Shown here: one piece after another, positions 1 through 9,089 of the stretch | Layout: the number at the start of each line of letters is the position of its first letter | Numbering within the stretch: position 1 is the stretch's first letter | Assembly (NCBI GenBank): GCA_023659895.1 | Contig: JAGXOL010000002.1 | Location: 4,388-68,387, forward strand | Source of the DNA: Candidatus Aenigmarchaeota archaeon LH_S7 | Lineage (GTDB): Archaea; Aenigmatarchaeota; Aenigmatarchaeia; QMZS01 | Direction: 5' to 3' | DNA: 64,000 nucleotides | Program-made: the position numbers and the translations under genes | Notes under the pieces: generated by a model | The model's database searches: none | What the model was told of the DNA's origin: nothing | Seen by the model: the letters and a program-made list of their open reading frames with translations, nothing else

Positions 1-1
1 T

Positions 2-634
2 GTTTTCAAGTACAATTTGACTTTGCAGGATGTTGTTGAGAAAGATATTTCCCACATATCTTTGTTGAATGCTTTGTATGTTCACGAGACTGGTTTGAGA
101 TTTATTCCAGCGCATTTGTCGTTGAACTTCTTGGACACTGACGCAAGTAAACTAAAAAGTTTCTTGGAGAACAGTCCTTATAATGTTCTGATTGATTCCT
201 CACCTGGATTAGGTAAGGACTCTCTTTCCGTTCTTGAATGTTGTGATGAGGTTTTTGTGGTTACAGAACCTTATTTGCCTGATATAACTGATTGCATGAA
301 GACCCTAGAGGTTGCGAAGGACAGGGATGTTAATGTGAAAGGGATTATTTTGAACAAAGTCAGGGGAAAGGATTATGAATTGGGAAAAGAGGAAATTAAA
401 GCTTGTACTAATACAAATGTAATAGCTAATTTACCTTTTGAAGAGAATGTCTTGAGGTCCTTGAAGCTTAAAAATCCTGTAATAAATTACAAGCCACTTT
501 CAAAGGTCAGCTTAGGATTTAACCAACTAGCAGCGGATATTTCAGATAAAGAGTTTGTAAAGCCAAGGTTTTTGCCATTAAAGAGAGCTTTCAGTTTTAT
601 TCAAAATAAGTCAAAGTCAGCCAAGGCAAATTAA
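2..634 (+). CDS. MinD/ParA-family P-loop ATPase, C-terminal part (5' end cut by window edge)
   Basis: The frame is open from nt 2. It shows the DSSPGLG, VVTEP and ILNKVRG motifs typical of archaeal MinD-like ATPases. Confidence 0.7.
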   Translation, partial: VFKYNLTLQDVVEKDISHISLLNALYVHETGLRFIPAHLSLNFLDTDASKLKSFLENSPYNVLIDSSPGLGKDSLSVLECCDEVFVVTEPYLPDITDCMKTLEVAKDRDVNVKGIILNKVRGKDYELGKEEIKACTNTNVIANLPFEENVLRSLKLKNPVINYKPLSKVSLGFNQLAADISDKEFVKPRFLPLKRAFSFIQNKSKSAKAN

Positions 635-879
635 TATCTATTTATAAGATTTCTTTCTGTGTTCAAAGGTGTATTTCATTCTTCTATTGCTTTTTCAAAA
701 TCTTCTAATTCTAATAGGTTTCCAGATTCTGCTTCTTCCATGCTTTCCAACAAATCTTTCATTAATTTTTCATTAGATAATAATTCAAGTTCATATTTGA
801 TTTGTTCTATTTCTTCCTCTAACTTCTTGAATCTTTTGAGGACTTTTATACTTAACCAAAGGCAAGAAAACTCCCGACT

Positions 880-1235
880 TTAGTCGTGTAGCTCAATTGC
901 CCCTTAAATACTTTTAAAATATAATTAAATATGGACATACAGGTCCTGTATTGTCTTCTGGGTATATCTTGGAAGACGGGGTTGCTGAACCTACAATAGT
1001 GAAATAAGGCGTCTGAAAAAAGTGACTCAACCCTAAACTAAAGCGTGTCAGACCAAAACCTCTGCTACGGTAAGTTTTGTTAGCGACTTTAGAACCTCGC
1101 CAGTCTTCTGTATTCAAAACAGTGTTTTGGTTAAGGAAGCTCCTGAATTATTCAGGGAGAGGAAGTCACATTGGTAGCTCTCATAAATTTTAGTTCTTTT
1201 GTAGGGCTTACTTCCTCCTTACTCAAATTATTTCC
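880..1235. ncRNA. Unassigned structured RNA candidate (RNase P RNA or SRP RNA are the obvious suspects; identity and strand unresolved)
   Basis: The stretch has no credible ORF and is visibly more GC-rich than its surroundings. It is packed with hairpins, for example GACATACA..TGTATTGTC at 933-955, GTCTTC..GAAGAC at 943-978, CTCCTGAA..TTCAGGG at 1140-1159 and GAGGAAGT..ACTTCCTC at 1159-1217. The minus strand carries GGAGGAAGT, which resembles RNase P CR-I. Confidence 0.3.
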
Positions 1236-1303
1236 CATAATATATCAAGATTATATATATACCTATAATTAGGGTTGAATAAATAAAGTTTTGTGTATTT
1301 TAT

Positions 1304-1441
1304 GGGCCTGTAGTTCAATCTGGCAGAACGCTGCCCTTGCAAGGCAGAGGCTGTGGGTTCAAAGGGAACTTTTAGAAAAAGTTCCAAAGAAAGGTCTACC
1401 AACTCCAAAAGAAAAATGATACGAAAATCCCACCGGGTCCA
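1304..1441 (+). tRNA. tRNA-Ala(UGC) with a 64-nt intron in the T-loop (59/60; intron 1364-1427)
   Basis: The exons fold as acceptor GGGCCTG/CGGGTCC with the G3:U70 Ala identity pair, D stem GTTC/GAAC, anticodon arm CTGCC-CTTGCAA-GGCAG and T stem GTGGG/CCCAC, with the TTCAAA|T loop interrupted. CCA is not encoded. Confidence 0.85.
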
Positions 1442-1523
1442 TAAGTTTTGACTTTGCCAAAAGTGCACCGTTGCTATGATAAAGGCTCAATCAAAAAAGA
1501 ATTTTGAAAAAAGAAAAAATAAA

Positions 1524-1781
1524 TTACTTACCTTTAATTTTATCAATAAGTTTTCTCAATGGATTTTTTGATTCTTCTCCTTTTTCCGCTTCCTTTAGTT
1601 CTTTGTTCAGTTCGTCTAAGTCTTTCTTTTCTCCAGGTTTCTGTTCCATAGGTGGTTTTTGTGGTTCCATTGGTGGTTTTGTAGGTTTTTTGGCTCCCAT
1701 TCCTTCTTGTTTTTTCGATAATTCTGTTTTCTTTTTCCTTTGTTTTTTCTTTAGTTCTTCAAGTTTCTTTTTGTCTACCAT
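1524..1781 (-). CDS. Small Lys/Glu/Pro-rich hypothetical protein
   Basis: This is an 85-aa ORF with a KPPME repeat. The overlapping plus-strand ORF is an S/F-rich low-complexity mirror. Which strand codes is uncertain. Confidence 0.35.
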   Translation of the reverse strand: MVDKKKLEELKKKQRKKKTELSKKQEGMGAKKPTKPPMEPQKPPMEQKPGEKKDLDELNKELKEAEKGEESKNPLRKLIDKIKGK

Positions 1782-1809
1782 AATTTTCCTTTTTTATATT
1801 AAATAAATT

Positions 1810-2481
1810 ATGGAAGTCTTCATAGGTACTAGTGGGTGGTCCTATAAATGGAATAAAGACAAGAGTTTGGATTGGTTTTTGGAGAATTCTGGTTTGGATG
1901 CTGTTGAACTGAATGCGAGTTTTTACATGTTTCCTTTTCCTAACATGGTTAAGAGCTGGGCTAAGAAAGGTCAGGAGATAAGATGGAGTATTAAGGTGAA
2001 TCAGTGGATCACTCATAGGAAGAAGTTCAGTGAATGCAAGGAATTGTGGGACAAGTTTAAAAGAAAGTTTAAGACAATGGACAAATTTATTGATTTCTAT
2101 TTGTTTCAGGCTCCCCCAAAGTTTGAAGATTATGAGAAAGTAATAGAGCTTGCTAAGTACACAGGTTTAGGAAAGAGGTTTGCTTTTGAAGTTAGGAACA
2201 GAGAATGGTTAGAAAGTGAGGAGAAGTTTAAAGAATTGAAGAAGAAGATTACTTTGGTATCTATAGATTCACCTGATTTTCATTCAAAGATTTTTAGGGA
2301 TAAAGTTGTTTATTTGAGGATGCATGGGAAAGATAATTGGTATCAGCACAATTATTCAGATAAAGAGTTAAAAGAAATTGTTGGAAAGATTAAGGGAGTC
2401 AAGCCAAAAAAGGTCTATGTGTTTTTCAATAATAACCATGACATGCTAAACAATGCTCAAACAATGAAAGAATTATTTTAG
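1810..2481 (+). CDS. DUF72 (YecE-like) family protein
   Basis: It has the N-terminal IGTSGWSYKW signature and the length typical of DUF72. Confidence 0.85.
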   Translation: MEVFIGTSGWSYKWNKDKSLDWFLENSGLDAVELNASFYMFPFPNMVKSWAKKGQEIRWSIKVNQWITHRKKFSECKELWDKFKRKFKTMDKFIDFYLFQAPPKFEDYEKVIELAKYTGLGKRFAFEVRNREWLESEEKFKELKKKITLVSIDSPDFHSKIFRDKVVYLRMHGKDNWYQHNYSDKELKEIVGKIKGVKPKKVYVFFNNNHDMLNNAQTMKELF

Positions 2482-4136
2482 TTAGAACTTTTCTTATATA
2501 GGTTCTCAATTCTATTTAAAGTATCTACTTCTTCCACGCTTTTGTCCTCTCTTATTCTGATCAGTTTTGGGAACCTTAGTGCATAACCACTCTCATAGGT
2601 AGGGGATTTCTGTATTTCCTGATAGCCTGTCTCAACAACAACTTTTGGTTTTATCCTAACTTTGTTCTCTTTTTCAAATTCAATTAAGGGTTTTAATGTT
2701 TTGGTCATCTCCTTGAACTGCTCATCTGTTAAACCAGTCCCCATCTTTCCAATCCCTAATAATTCTCCTGTTTCCTCATCTCTAGCAGCTAGAATAAAAG
2801 AAGCGAGCCAATTTGCTCTTCTTCCCTGTCCCCATTCAGCTCCAACCACAACCAAGTCCAAGGTTTCCTCTTCTGGTTTTACTTTGTACATGTACCCAAC
2901 TCTTTTCCCTGGTTGGTAAGGTGCATCCAAGTTTTTAACCATTATTCCCTCTTGTCCCAAATCCAAGGCCTCGTTGTAGAATTTCTCTACTTTTTCAACA
3001 TCTTTAGTAACCAACTGCTCAGCTAGTTGAAATTTTCCTTTTTCCTGGGAGATAATTTCTTCCAGTTTTTTCCTCCTTTTTGAGAACTTCTCATCAAGTA
3101 ATTGCTTCCTGTCTACAAGAAGACAATCAAACAAGTTTACTTGCACTGGTATCTCCTGTGACATTTTCCTGATGTTATACTTTCTTTGGATTCTTTTGCT
3201 GAGTTCCTGGAAAGGTAAGAGTTTTCCATCTCTAATTGCAACTGCTTCTCCCTCAAGAATTGACTTTTCCACTTTAATATTTTTCTTGCAGAGCTCAACA
3301 ATATCAGGGAATTGCTTTGTAACATTTTCCAATCTTCTGGTAAAGACCCATATTTTTTCTCCCTCCTTTTGGGTTAAGATGCGGGTTCCATCATACTTGT
3401 ATTCTATAGCTGGGTTCTTAGCATCTTCCAAAGCTTTTTCCAGGTTTTCGGATTTTTCAGCAAGCATTGCTTTTGTTGGAGTTCCAATTTCCAAGCTTAT
3501 TTTTTTCAATCCTTTGTCCCCATCATTTTTTGCTATCTTTGCAACTCTTCCAAAATCAGTAATTAAATTGTAATCTCTTTCAACTAGCTCTTTGTCAACT
3601 TCAAAAGCTTTTGATGTTGCATCTCTCAAGATTCCCTCCGCAGTGCCCAATCTTAGCTCTCCAAGAATTGTTCTAATAACATATCTTGCCTCTGAAGGTT
3701 CCGCTGAGTTGAGTAGTTCAAGAATGTTGTTGATTTTTCTTTCTTGGGAGTTCTTTCCAGTATATTTCGCGATTTCTCTTATAGATTCGTAAACCTTTTT
3801 TATTTTTAAACTTTTCTTGAAAAGAATTGATTGTTTCTTTTTTTTGGCTATTTCCTGGGCAACCAAACCTAAATCACCACTATCTTTGAACTTGTCCATT
3901 ATCTCCTTTTTAGAATAACCTAATTTTGTTAGGGCAAGTATAACTAGATTATCTGCAATTCCTAGATCTTCTTCTTCACTTTCAGAGAAGATTTTTCCTC
4001 TCAACAAAGGCATTACAATTTTTAATTCCTCACCATTGAGGTCTTTAATAAAGTTTGCAATAATATCAGTTTTCTCAAGTTTTTTTGTTGTACTTCCAAC
4101 CTTATCATAAACATCAACCAAAGTTTTGTATTTCAT
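2478..4136 (-). CDS. lig: ATP-dependent DNA ligase
   Basis: It has the adenylation motif EYKYDGTR (KxDG), an OB-fold C-terminus and a length of 552 aa. Confidence 0.95.
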   Translation of the reverse strand: MKYKTLVDVYDKVGSTTKKLEKTDIIANFIKDLNGEELKIVMPLLRGKIFSESEEEDLGIADNLVILALTKLGYSKKEIMDKFKDSGDLGLVAQEIAKKKKQSILFKKSLKIKKVYESIREIAKYTGKNSQERKINNILELLNSAEPSEARYVIRTILGELRLGTAEGILRDATSKAFEVDKELVERDYNLITDFGRVAKIAKNDGDKGLKKISLEIGTPTKAMLAEKSENLEKALEDAKNPAIEYKYDGTRILTQKEGEKIWVFTRRLENVTKQFPDIVELCKKNIKVEKSILEGEAVAIRDGKLLPFQELSKRIQRKYNIRKMSQEIPVQVNLFDCLLVDRKQLLDEKFSKRRKKLEEIISQEKGKFQLAEQLVTKDVEKVEKFYNEALDLGQEGIMVKNLDAPYQPGKRVGYMYKVKPEEETLDLVVVGAEWGQGRRANWLASFILAARDEETGELLGIGKMGTGLTDEQFKEMTKTLKPLIEFEKENKVRIKPKVVVETGYQEIQKSPTYESGYALRFPKLIRIREDKSVEEVDTLNRIENLYKKSSN

Positions 4137-4164
4137 AACTTAAAATGTGAATTATTTCTTAATA

Positions 4165-5241
4165 ATGGAGGTCAAAAAAAGGGTTGAGAAGATTCTGGAA
4201 AAATATAATATTTGTGATACTTGCTTAGGGAGACAATTTCATGGTCTCTATCCTGAAAAAAGTAATAAAGAAATCGGGGAAAAGTTGAAATATGATTTTG
4301 ATTATAGAAAGAAAAAAGAATGTTATTTTTGTGGAGGTTTTTTTGAGAATTTTGAGAAAGAATTAAAAAAAATTGAGAGGGAATTAAAAAAATATGAATT
4401 TCATACGTTCCTAGTTGGTTCTGAGTTTCCCAGAAAAATGATTCAAAGAGAGGAAAAACTTTGGGAGGAAAATGGGGTTGACCTTTGTGAGGCAATAAAA
4501 ACAAATTTGAATAGAGAAGTTGGATTGGAATTGAGAAAAAGATTGGGAAAAGAAGTGGATTTTGAGATTCCTGATGTAATGGTTATTGTTGATTTAATTA
4601 AAAATAAAACTATAGTGCAAGCATCTCCTTTGTATGTTGAAGGAACTTATAAAAAAATTCTTCCTAGAAGTAAAATCCAAAAAACAATAGAAAGTAATTT
4701 TTTGAGAAAAAGTAAGAGTGAGAAGGTAATATTTTATTCTGCTGGGAGGATGGAAGAGAATGTTGTCACTTCATTTTACAAAGACTTTCTTGTTAAGTTG
4801 AAAGCTCCTAGAAAAAGGAGATTAAATTTGAGAGAGCTGGAAAGGAAAATAAACCAAAACAAATCGGTTAAGGTAAAGGATTTAGGATATTCAAAGAAAA
4901 AGAAGATTGAAGATCTTAAAAGCAGGCATTTGGTTTCTTATTCAGTTGTTCTAAAATTTGGTAAATTAGATGGAGAAAAGAAAGAGATTGCAGATAGTTT
5001 AAGAAAATTGGAGAACAAAAAAGTGCACCAGGAACTAAAAAACAAAATCAGGAAGCCTAAAATCAGTAAATTAGAAAGAAAATTTGAAGATAAAAAATTA
5101 AAGTTAAATTTGGAAAGCACAGAAAATTTCTCAATTAATGATTTCCTGGACAAGAGTAAGCCTAACTTGAAGGATACAATAGGGGAGGAATTTAAAGTTA
5201 AAGAGATTGTGATGAAAAGTTGCAGAAAATTAAAGAAATAA
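4165..5241 (+). CDS. Pus10-like tRNA pseudouridine synthase (divergent)
   Basis: The N-terminus has zinc-ribbon cysteines CDTC..CYFCGG. The region SAGRMEENVV..LKAPRKRR aligns by eye to the Pus10 GREDxDxRMLG..P.KR block. The ATG at 4165 is preferred over the GTG at 4147. Confidence 0.6.
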   Translation: MEVKKRVEKILEKYNICDTCLGRQFHGLYPEKSNKEIGEKLKYDFDYRKKKECYFCGGFFENFEKELKKIERELKKYEFHTFLVGSEFPRKMIQREEKLWEENGVDLCEAIKTNLNREVGLELRKRLGKEVDFEIPDVMVIVDLIKNKTIVQASPLYVEGTYKKILPRSKIQKTIESNFLRKSKSEKVIFYSAGRMEENVVTSFYKDFLVKLKAPRKRRLNLRELERKINQNKSVKVKDLGYSKKKKIEDLKSRHLVSYSVVLKFGKLDGEKKEIADSLRKLENKKVHQELKNKIRKPKISKLERKFEDKKLKLNLESTENFSINDFLDKSKPNLKDTIGEEFKVKEIVMKSCRKLKK

Positions 5242-5255
5242 TTTATTAATATATT

Positions 5256-5672
5256 ATGGAAAAAGGTATTGCTCTTCCTACTCGTGCTATAGTAATAATT
5301 GTTCTTTTGCTTTTAGTATTAGCTGTGCTAGCTTATTTTTTCACAAGTAGTGGTGGGTTGATTATAGGTCCTGTTATAGATGAAAGTAGACTAGATAAAG
5401 AGTGTAATCAATGGAAGTATTATTTGTATAGTTATGGTGAATTCAATAATACCAATTATCCTTCTCTGGTAAGCCATTTTGGAAACCCTGTAAGAGCAAA
5501 GGAGTATTGTCAGAATCTCGGTACTGACATTACAGTGGTTGGAGATTGTGGTTCTGATAAATGTGAAGGTAGTGAACCTGGTTGGGCAGAGGATTGTTGT
5601 TGCGAAAATAAAGGAGATGAATCTTCTTGTGATGAGGGGGAATCAAATTGTGGTTGGGGAGAGAGATGTTAA
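5256..5672 (+). CDS. Small secreted or membrane-anchored Cys-rich protein
   Basis: It has an N-terminal hydrophobic helix after MEKG, possibly a class III signal, and a C-terminal CxxC/CCC-rich acidic tail. Confidence 0.5.
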   Translation: MEKGIALPTRAIVIIVLLLLVLAVLAYFFTSSGGLIIGPVIDESRLDKECNQWKYYLYSYGEFNNTNYPSLVSHFGNPVRAKEYCQNLGTDITVVGDCGSDKCEGSEPGWAEDCCCENKGDESSCDEGESNCGWGERC

Positions 5673-5801
5673 ATGACACCCCATACCAAAAAGCTATAAG
5701 TTTCTTTACTTATTTCTAATAATATAATTTCCTTGACCAGGAGGAGCAATTCCCCAACCATCCATTATAACTAAAATTATTTTCTTAATAAGTTATATTT
5801 T

Positions 5802-6734
5802 ATGAAGGTTTTGATAACAGGAGGTGCAGGTTTTATTGGCTCAAACTTAATTGAAAAATTAGCTGAGAAAAATGAAGTAATTGTAATTGACAATTTATCT
5901 GGAGGCAGGAAGGAATTCATAGAACCCTTTCTTGATAAAATAAAATTCTACAAAGTTGATTTATTAAATAATGTAAATGATTACTTTTCTGGGGTTGAAG
6001 AGGTCTGGCATCTGGCAGCAGATCCTTCTGTAAAGGATTCTTCAATACAAACTTTTTTTAGGGATTTGGAAATAACAAAAAATGTTCTTGAAGCTTGTAG
6101 AAAAAATAAAGTCAAGAGAATTTTATTTACTTCAAGTTCTACAGTTTATGGGGAGTCCGAATTAAACACACCAGAAAACTGCGAAACAAAACCAATCTCT
6201 TTTTATGGAGGTACAAAGCTCTCTTGTGAATCCCTGATTTCAAACTACTGCTCCCTCTACAAAATTCAGGGCTTCCTTTTTAGATTTGCAAATATAATTG
6301 GAAAAAACTCGACCCATGGTGTGATTTATGATTTTATTGGGAAACTCTCAAAAAATAAAGAAGAGTTAAAAATTTTAGGTGATGGAAAACAGACAAAAAG
6401 TTATCTCTCTGTTAGTGATTGTATAAATGGAATGCTGATAGCAAGAGATAAAGCAAAAGAAAAAATAAATATATTTAATCTTGGAAGTAGAGACAAGACG
6501 AATGTGAAAGAGATTGCAGAAATTGTTGTTGAAGAGATGATTTCCTCACTTCAGAAAAAACCGAAATTTAAATTCACAGGTGGAGTTGATAATGGAAAAG
6601 GATGGAAAGGTGATGTTAAAGAAATGCTGTTAGATATTTCAAAATTACAGAAACTTGGATTTACTCCAAAAAATTCGTCAAAAGAAGCTGTCAGAGAAGC
6701 TGTTAGAGAAACAATTAATTCTTATCAATTATAA
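5802..6734 (+). CDS. NAD-dependent epimerase/dehydratase (UDP-sugar 4-epimerase-like SDR)
   Basis: It has the Rossmann motif ITGGAGFIGSNL and a YGGTK catalytic Y-x3-K. Confidence 0.9.
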   Translation: MKVLITGGAGFIGSNLIEKLAEKNEVIVIDNLSGGRKEFIEPFLDKIKFYKVDLLNNVNDYFSGVEEVWHLAADPSVKDSSIQTFFRDLEITKNVLEACRKNKVKRILFTSSSTVYGESELNTPENCETKPISFYGGTKLSCESLISNYCSLYKIQGFLFRFANIIGKNSTHGVIYDFIGKLSKNKEELKILGDGKQTKSYLSVSDCINGMLIARDKAKEKINIFNLGSRDKTNVKEIAEIVVEEMISSLQKKPKFKFTGGVDNGKGWKGDVKEMLLDISKLQKLGFTPKNSSKEAVREAVRETINSYQL

Positions 6735-6736
6735 TA

Positions 6737-8209
6737 ATGTTCATATCACATCCTCTCATAAAAAAGGGTAAAGTTGAAGTTAGAGACTATCAAACTAAAA
6801 TTGCTGAGAATTCATTGAAAAATAATACTTTGATTGTTTTGCCAACAGGTTTGGGTAAGACAAATATTGCTTTGATTGCCTGCGCTGAAAAGCTTAATAA
6901 AGTAGATGGGAAAATACTTTTTTTATCTCCAACAAAACCTTTGGTAAACCAGCACAAGCAGACTTTTGAAGATTTGTCTGAAATTGGGGATCTTGAAATA
7001 GTTAGTGGAGAAACAAAACCAGAAAGAAGAAAGAAATTGTATGATAAAGGAAGGATTATCTTTGCTACTCCTCAGACCATATCAAATGATTTGAAAAGCA
7101 GTGTTTTAAATTTGAAAGATTTTGTGATGTTAGTTGTGGATGAGGCTCATCACACTGTTGGAAACTATGCTTATACTTATATTGCAAACAGGTATATTAA
7201 GGAATCAAAAAATCCATTAATAATTGGTATGACTGCTTCACCAGGTGGTAAAATAACAAAGATTGAGGAGATAAAGAATAATCTTTTCATAAATCAAGTT
7301 GAAGCGAAAAGTGAAGTTGATGAAGGGGTTAAGAAGTATGTTAAGGAGAAAGAAATGAAAAAAATTGAAGTTAGTTTTCCTGAAGACTATAAAAACGCAA
7401 AGAAATTGATTGAAGGGATAATAAGTAAGAAAGGTGAGCAATTGTACAAGAAAGGGGCTCTGCCAACAAAGAAATTCTCAAAGAAGTTGCTCCTAGATTA
7501 TCATCAACTATATATAAAGAAAGCTAATTCCACAAAAAGAAAGGAATTATATTTTGCAGTTTCAAAAATCTCGGAATTAATAAAGTTAGATTACTGTCTG
7601 GAGTTGTTGGAGACCCAAGGGAAAATACAGTGTCTGCAGTATATAAGCAAATTGAAGAAGGAAAGTACGAAAGCTGCAAAAAGTATAAATTTTGATCCAG
7701 AGTTTCAAGTCTTTGTTAACAAAGTTGAAAAGCTGGAAGAGCATCCAAAACTTGAAAAGATTAAGGAGATAGCTAAGAAGGAATTCAAAAATAAAACCAT
7801 AATTTTTACTCAATACAGATCTACCATAGATGAGATTAAAAAGAAAGTTGAGAGGATAGAGGGGGTTAAAGCAGCTGTTCTGATTGGTCAGAAAAGTGGT
7901 TTGAATCAGAAAAAGCAGGTCTCAATAATAAGGGATTTTGAAGATGGTTTTTACAATGTTTTGATTTGCACCTCAATTGGGGAGGAAGGTTTGGATATAG
8001 GAGGTGTGGGAACAGCTGTTTTCTATGAGCCAATACCTAGTGAAATAAGGCAAATACAAAGGAGAGGTCGTGTGGGTAGGTTGATCAAAGGGAAGATTTA
8101 TATATTGGTTACTAAGGAAACAAGGGATGAGGCTTATTACTGGACTGCTTATCACAAAGAGAAGAAAATGAAGAGTTATTTGGATAAAGAGAATTTGAAC
8201 AAGTTTTAA
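6737..8209 (+). CDS. Hef/FANCM-type DEAH helicase (helicase domains only)
   Basis: It has RDYQ, PTGLGKT (Walker A), VVDEAHH (DEAH), TASP and a QRRGRVGR motif VI. No ERCC4 nuclease domain is present. Confidence 0.85.
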   Translation: MFISHPLIKKGKVEVRDYQTKIAENSLKNNTLIVLPTGLGKTNIALIACAEKLNKVDGKILFLSPTKPLVNQHKQTFEDLSEIGDLEIVSGETKPERRKKLYDKGRIIFATPQTISNDLKSSVLNLKDFVMLVVDEAHHTVGNYAYTYIANRYIKESKNPLIIGMTASPGGKITKIEEIKNNLFINQVEAKSEVDEGVKKYVKEKEMKKIEVSFPEDYKNAKKLIEGIISKKGEQLYKKGALPTKKFSKKLLLDYHQLYIKKANSTKRKELYFAVSKISELIKLDYCLELLETQGKIQCLQYISKLKKESTKAAKSINFDPEFQVFVNKVEKLEEHPKLEKIKEIAKKEFKNKTIIFTQYRSTIDEIKKKVERIEGVKAAVLIGQKSGLNQKKQVSIIRDFEDGFYNVLICTSIGEEGLDIGGVGTAVFYEPIPSEIRQIQRRGRVGRLIKGKIYILVTKETRDEAYYWTAYHKEKKMKSYLDKENLNKF

Positions 8210-8552
8210 GTGATTATCTGTGTTTGGGGAATTTACAAATGGGAGATTGTATTTAACATTTGACATTAAGAGAAGTTTCTGAGCGAAGCGAAGAAATTTG
8301 GACGGAGCCTGCAAGGTGGGATCTCTTAATCACTGTTATGTGTTTTTTCTGCAAGAAAAAATAGCGAAGCTTAGGCACATTTACCAATTTCCTCCAACCA
8401 ACCAGATTTCAAGGAATTAGCGAAGGAGTTACTTAATAGAGGCTTTGGAACTAATAAAAGAGATATAAGGATTATCTCTGAAAGCCCTGTTACTGAGCAA
8501 GATAGTTTAAGGATGAAGAAAATTTTGGAAAAATGTAGAGACTAAAGGGATT

Positions 8553-9089
8553 TTATTTTCTTGATTTAATAGGTTTCTCTCCTGTAATACATTGTTTACA
8601 ATAGTTATCCTGGTCTCCTAATACATCAAATAATCCTTTTTGAGAAATATAATCCAATTCGAACGGAATTCCATAGTTTTCGGATAAATATTTTTCTATT
8701 TCTCTTTCATTTCTATATCTCCTCATTATAAACTCATCATTTTTAGGCATGTCAACACCATAACAACAAAAACAATTTTCATCTCTGCCTACTGGAGGAG
8801 TTCCTGAAAGATAATATATTTTTTCAATTCCAGCTTCTTCAGATATTTCAACAACTCTTTCTAACACATTCCCTCTTATTATAGAATCATCAACAAAAAT
8901 CACTCTTTTTTCATATAAAATTTCAGGTCTCTCAAAATATAAATTCTCTTTTATCGATTTTCTTCTTTCTTCCTTTGTTGATTGTATAAATGACCTCTCA
9001 AATTTTTTCTTTTTTAGCTCAGGTAAATAGGGAATCCCACTTTTTTCAGAGTAACCAATGGCATAGGGTTTTTCCTGTATTTGGGACAT
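8553..9089 (-). CDS. purF: Amidophosphoribosyltransferase, C-terminal PRTase part (frame interrupted)
   Basis: It has PYAIGYSEKSGIPY, the PRPP loop VIFVDDSIIRGN and CCYGVDMP. It continues the upstream ORF if one A is removed from the A5 run at 9069-9073. Confidence 0.8.
   Translation of the reverse strand: MSQIQEKPYAIGYSEKSGIPYLPELKKKKFERSFIQSTKEERRKSIKENLYFERPEILYEKRVIFVDDSIIRGNVLERVVEISEEAGIEKIYYLSGTPPVGRDENCFCCYGVDMPKNDEFIMRRYRNEREIEKYLSENYGIPFELDYISQKGLFDVLGDQDNYCKQCITGEKPIKSRK

Noticed and set aside
676-858. Minus-strand coiled-coil peptide (..KRFKKLEEEIEQIKYELELLSNEKLMKDLLESMEEAESGNLLELEDFEKAIEE) resembling the C-terminus of Phd/YefM-like antitoxins
   Set aside because: The open frame has no ATG, GTG or TTG start upstream of the last 25 codons, has no N-terminal domain and has no adjacent toxin gene. 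It may be a relic.
659-883. Plus-strand ORF of 74 aa from the six-frame track
   Set aside because: It has S/F/N-rich low-complexity composition and is the mirror of the more coding-like minus-strand frame. It is judged spurious.
880-1235. Confident call of RNase P RNA based on the minus-strand GGAGGAAGT (CR-I-like) and ACAGAAG motifs
   Set aside because: The two motifs are only about 110 nt apart. The sequences that should pair to form P4 are not complementary, and no GGCTTA-type CR-V follows in the right order. It is kept only as an unassigned RNA candidate.
1223-1468. ORF of 81 aa on the minus strand
   Set aside because: It is entirely overlapped by the tRNA-Ala gene and its intron.
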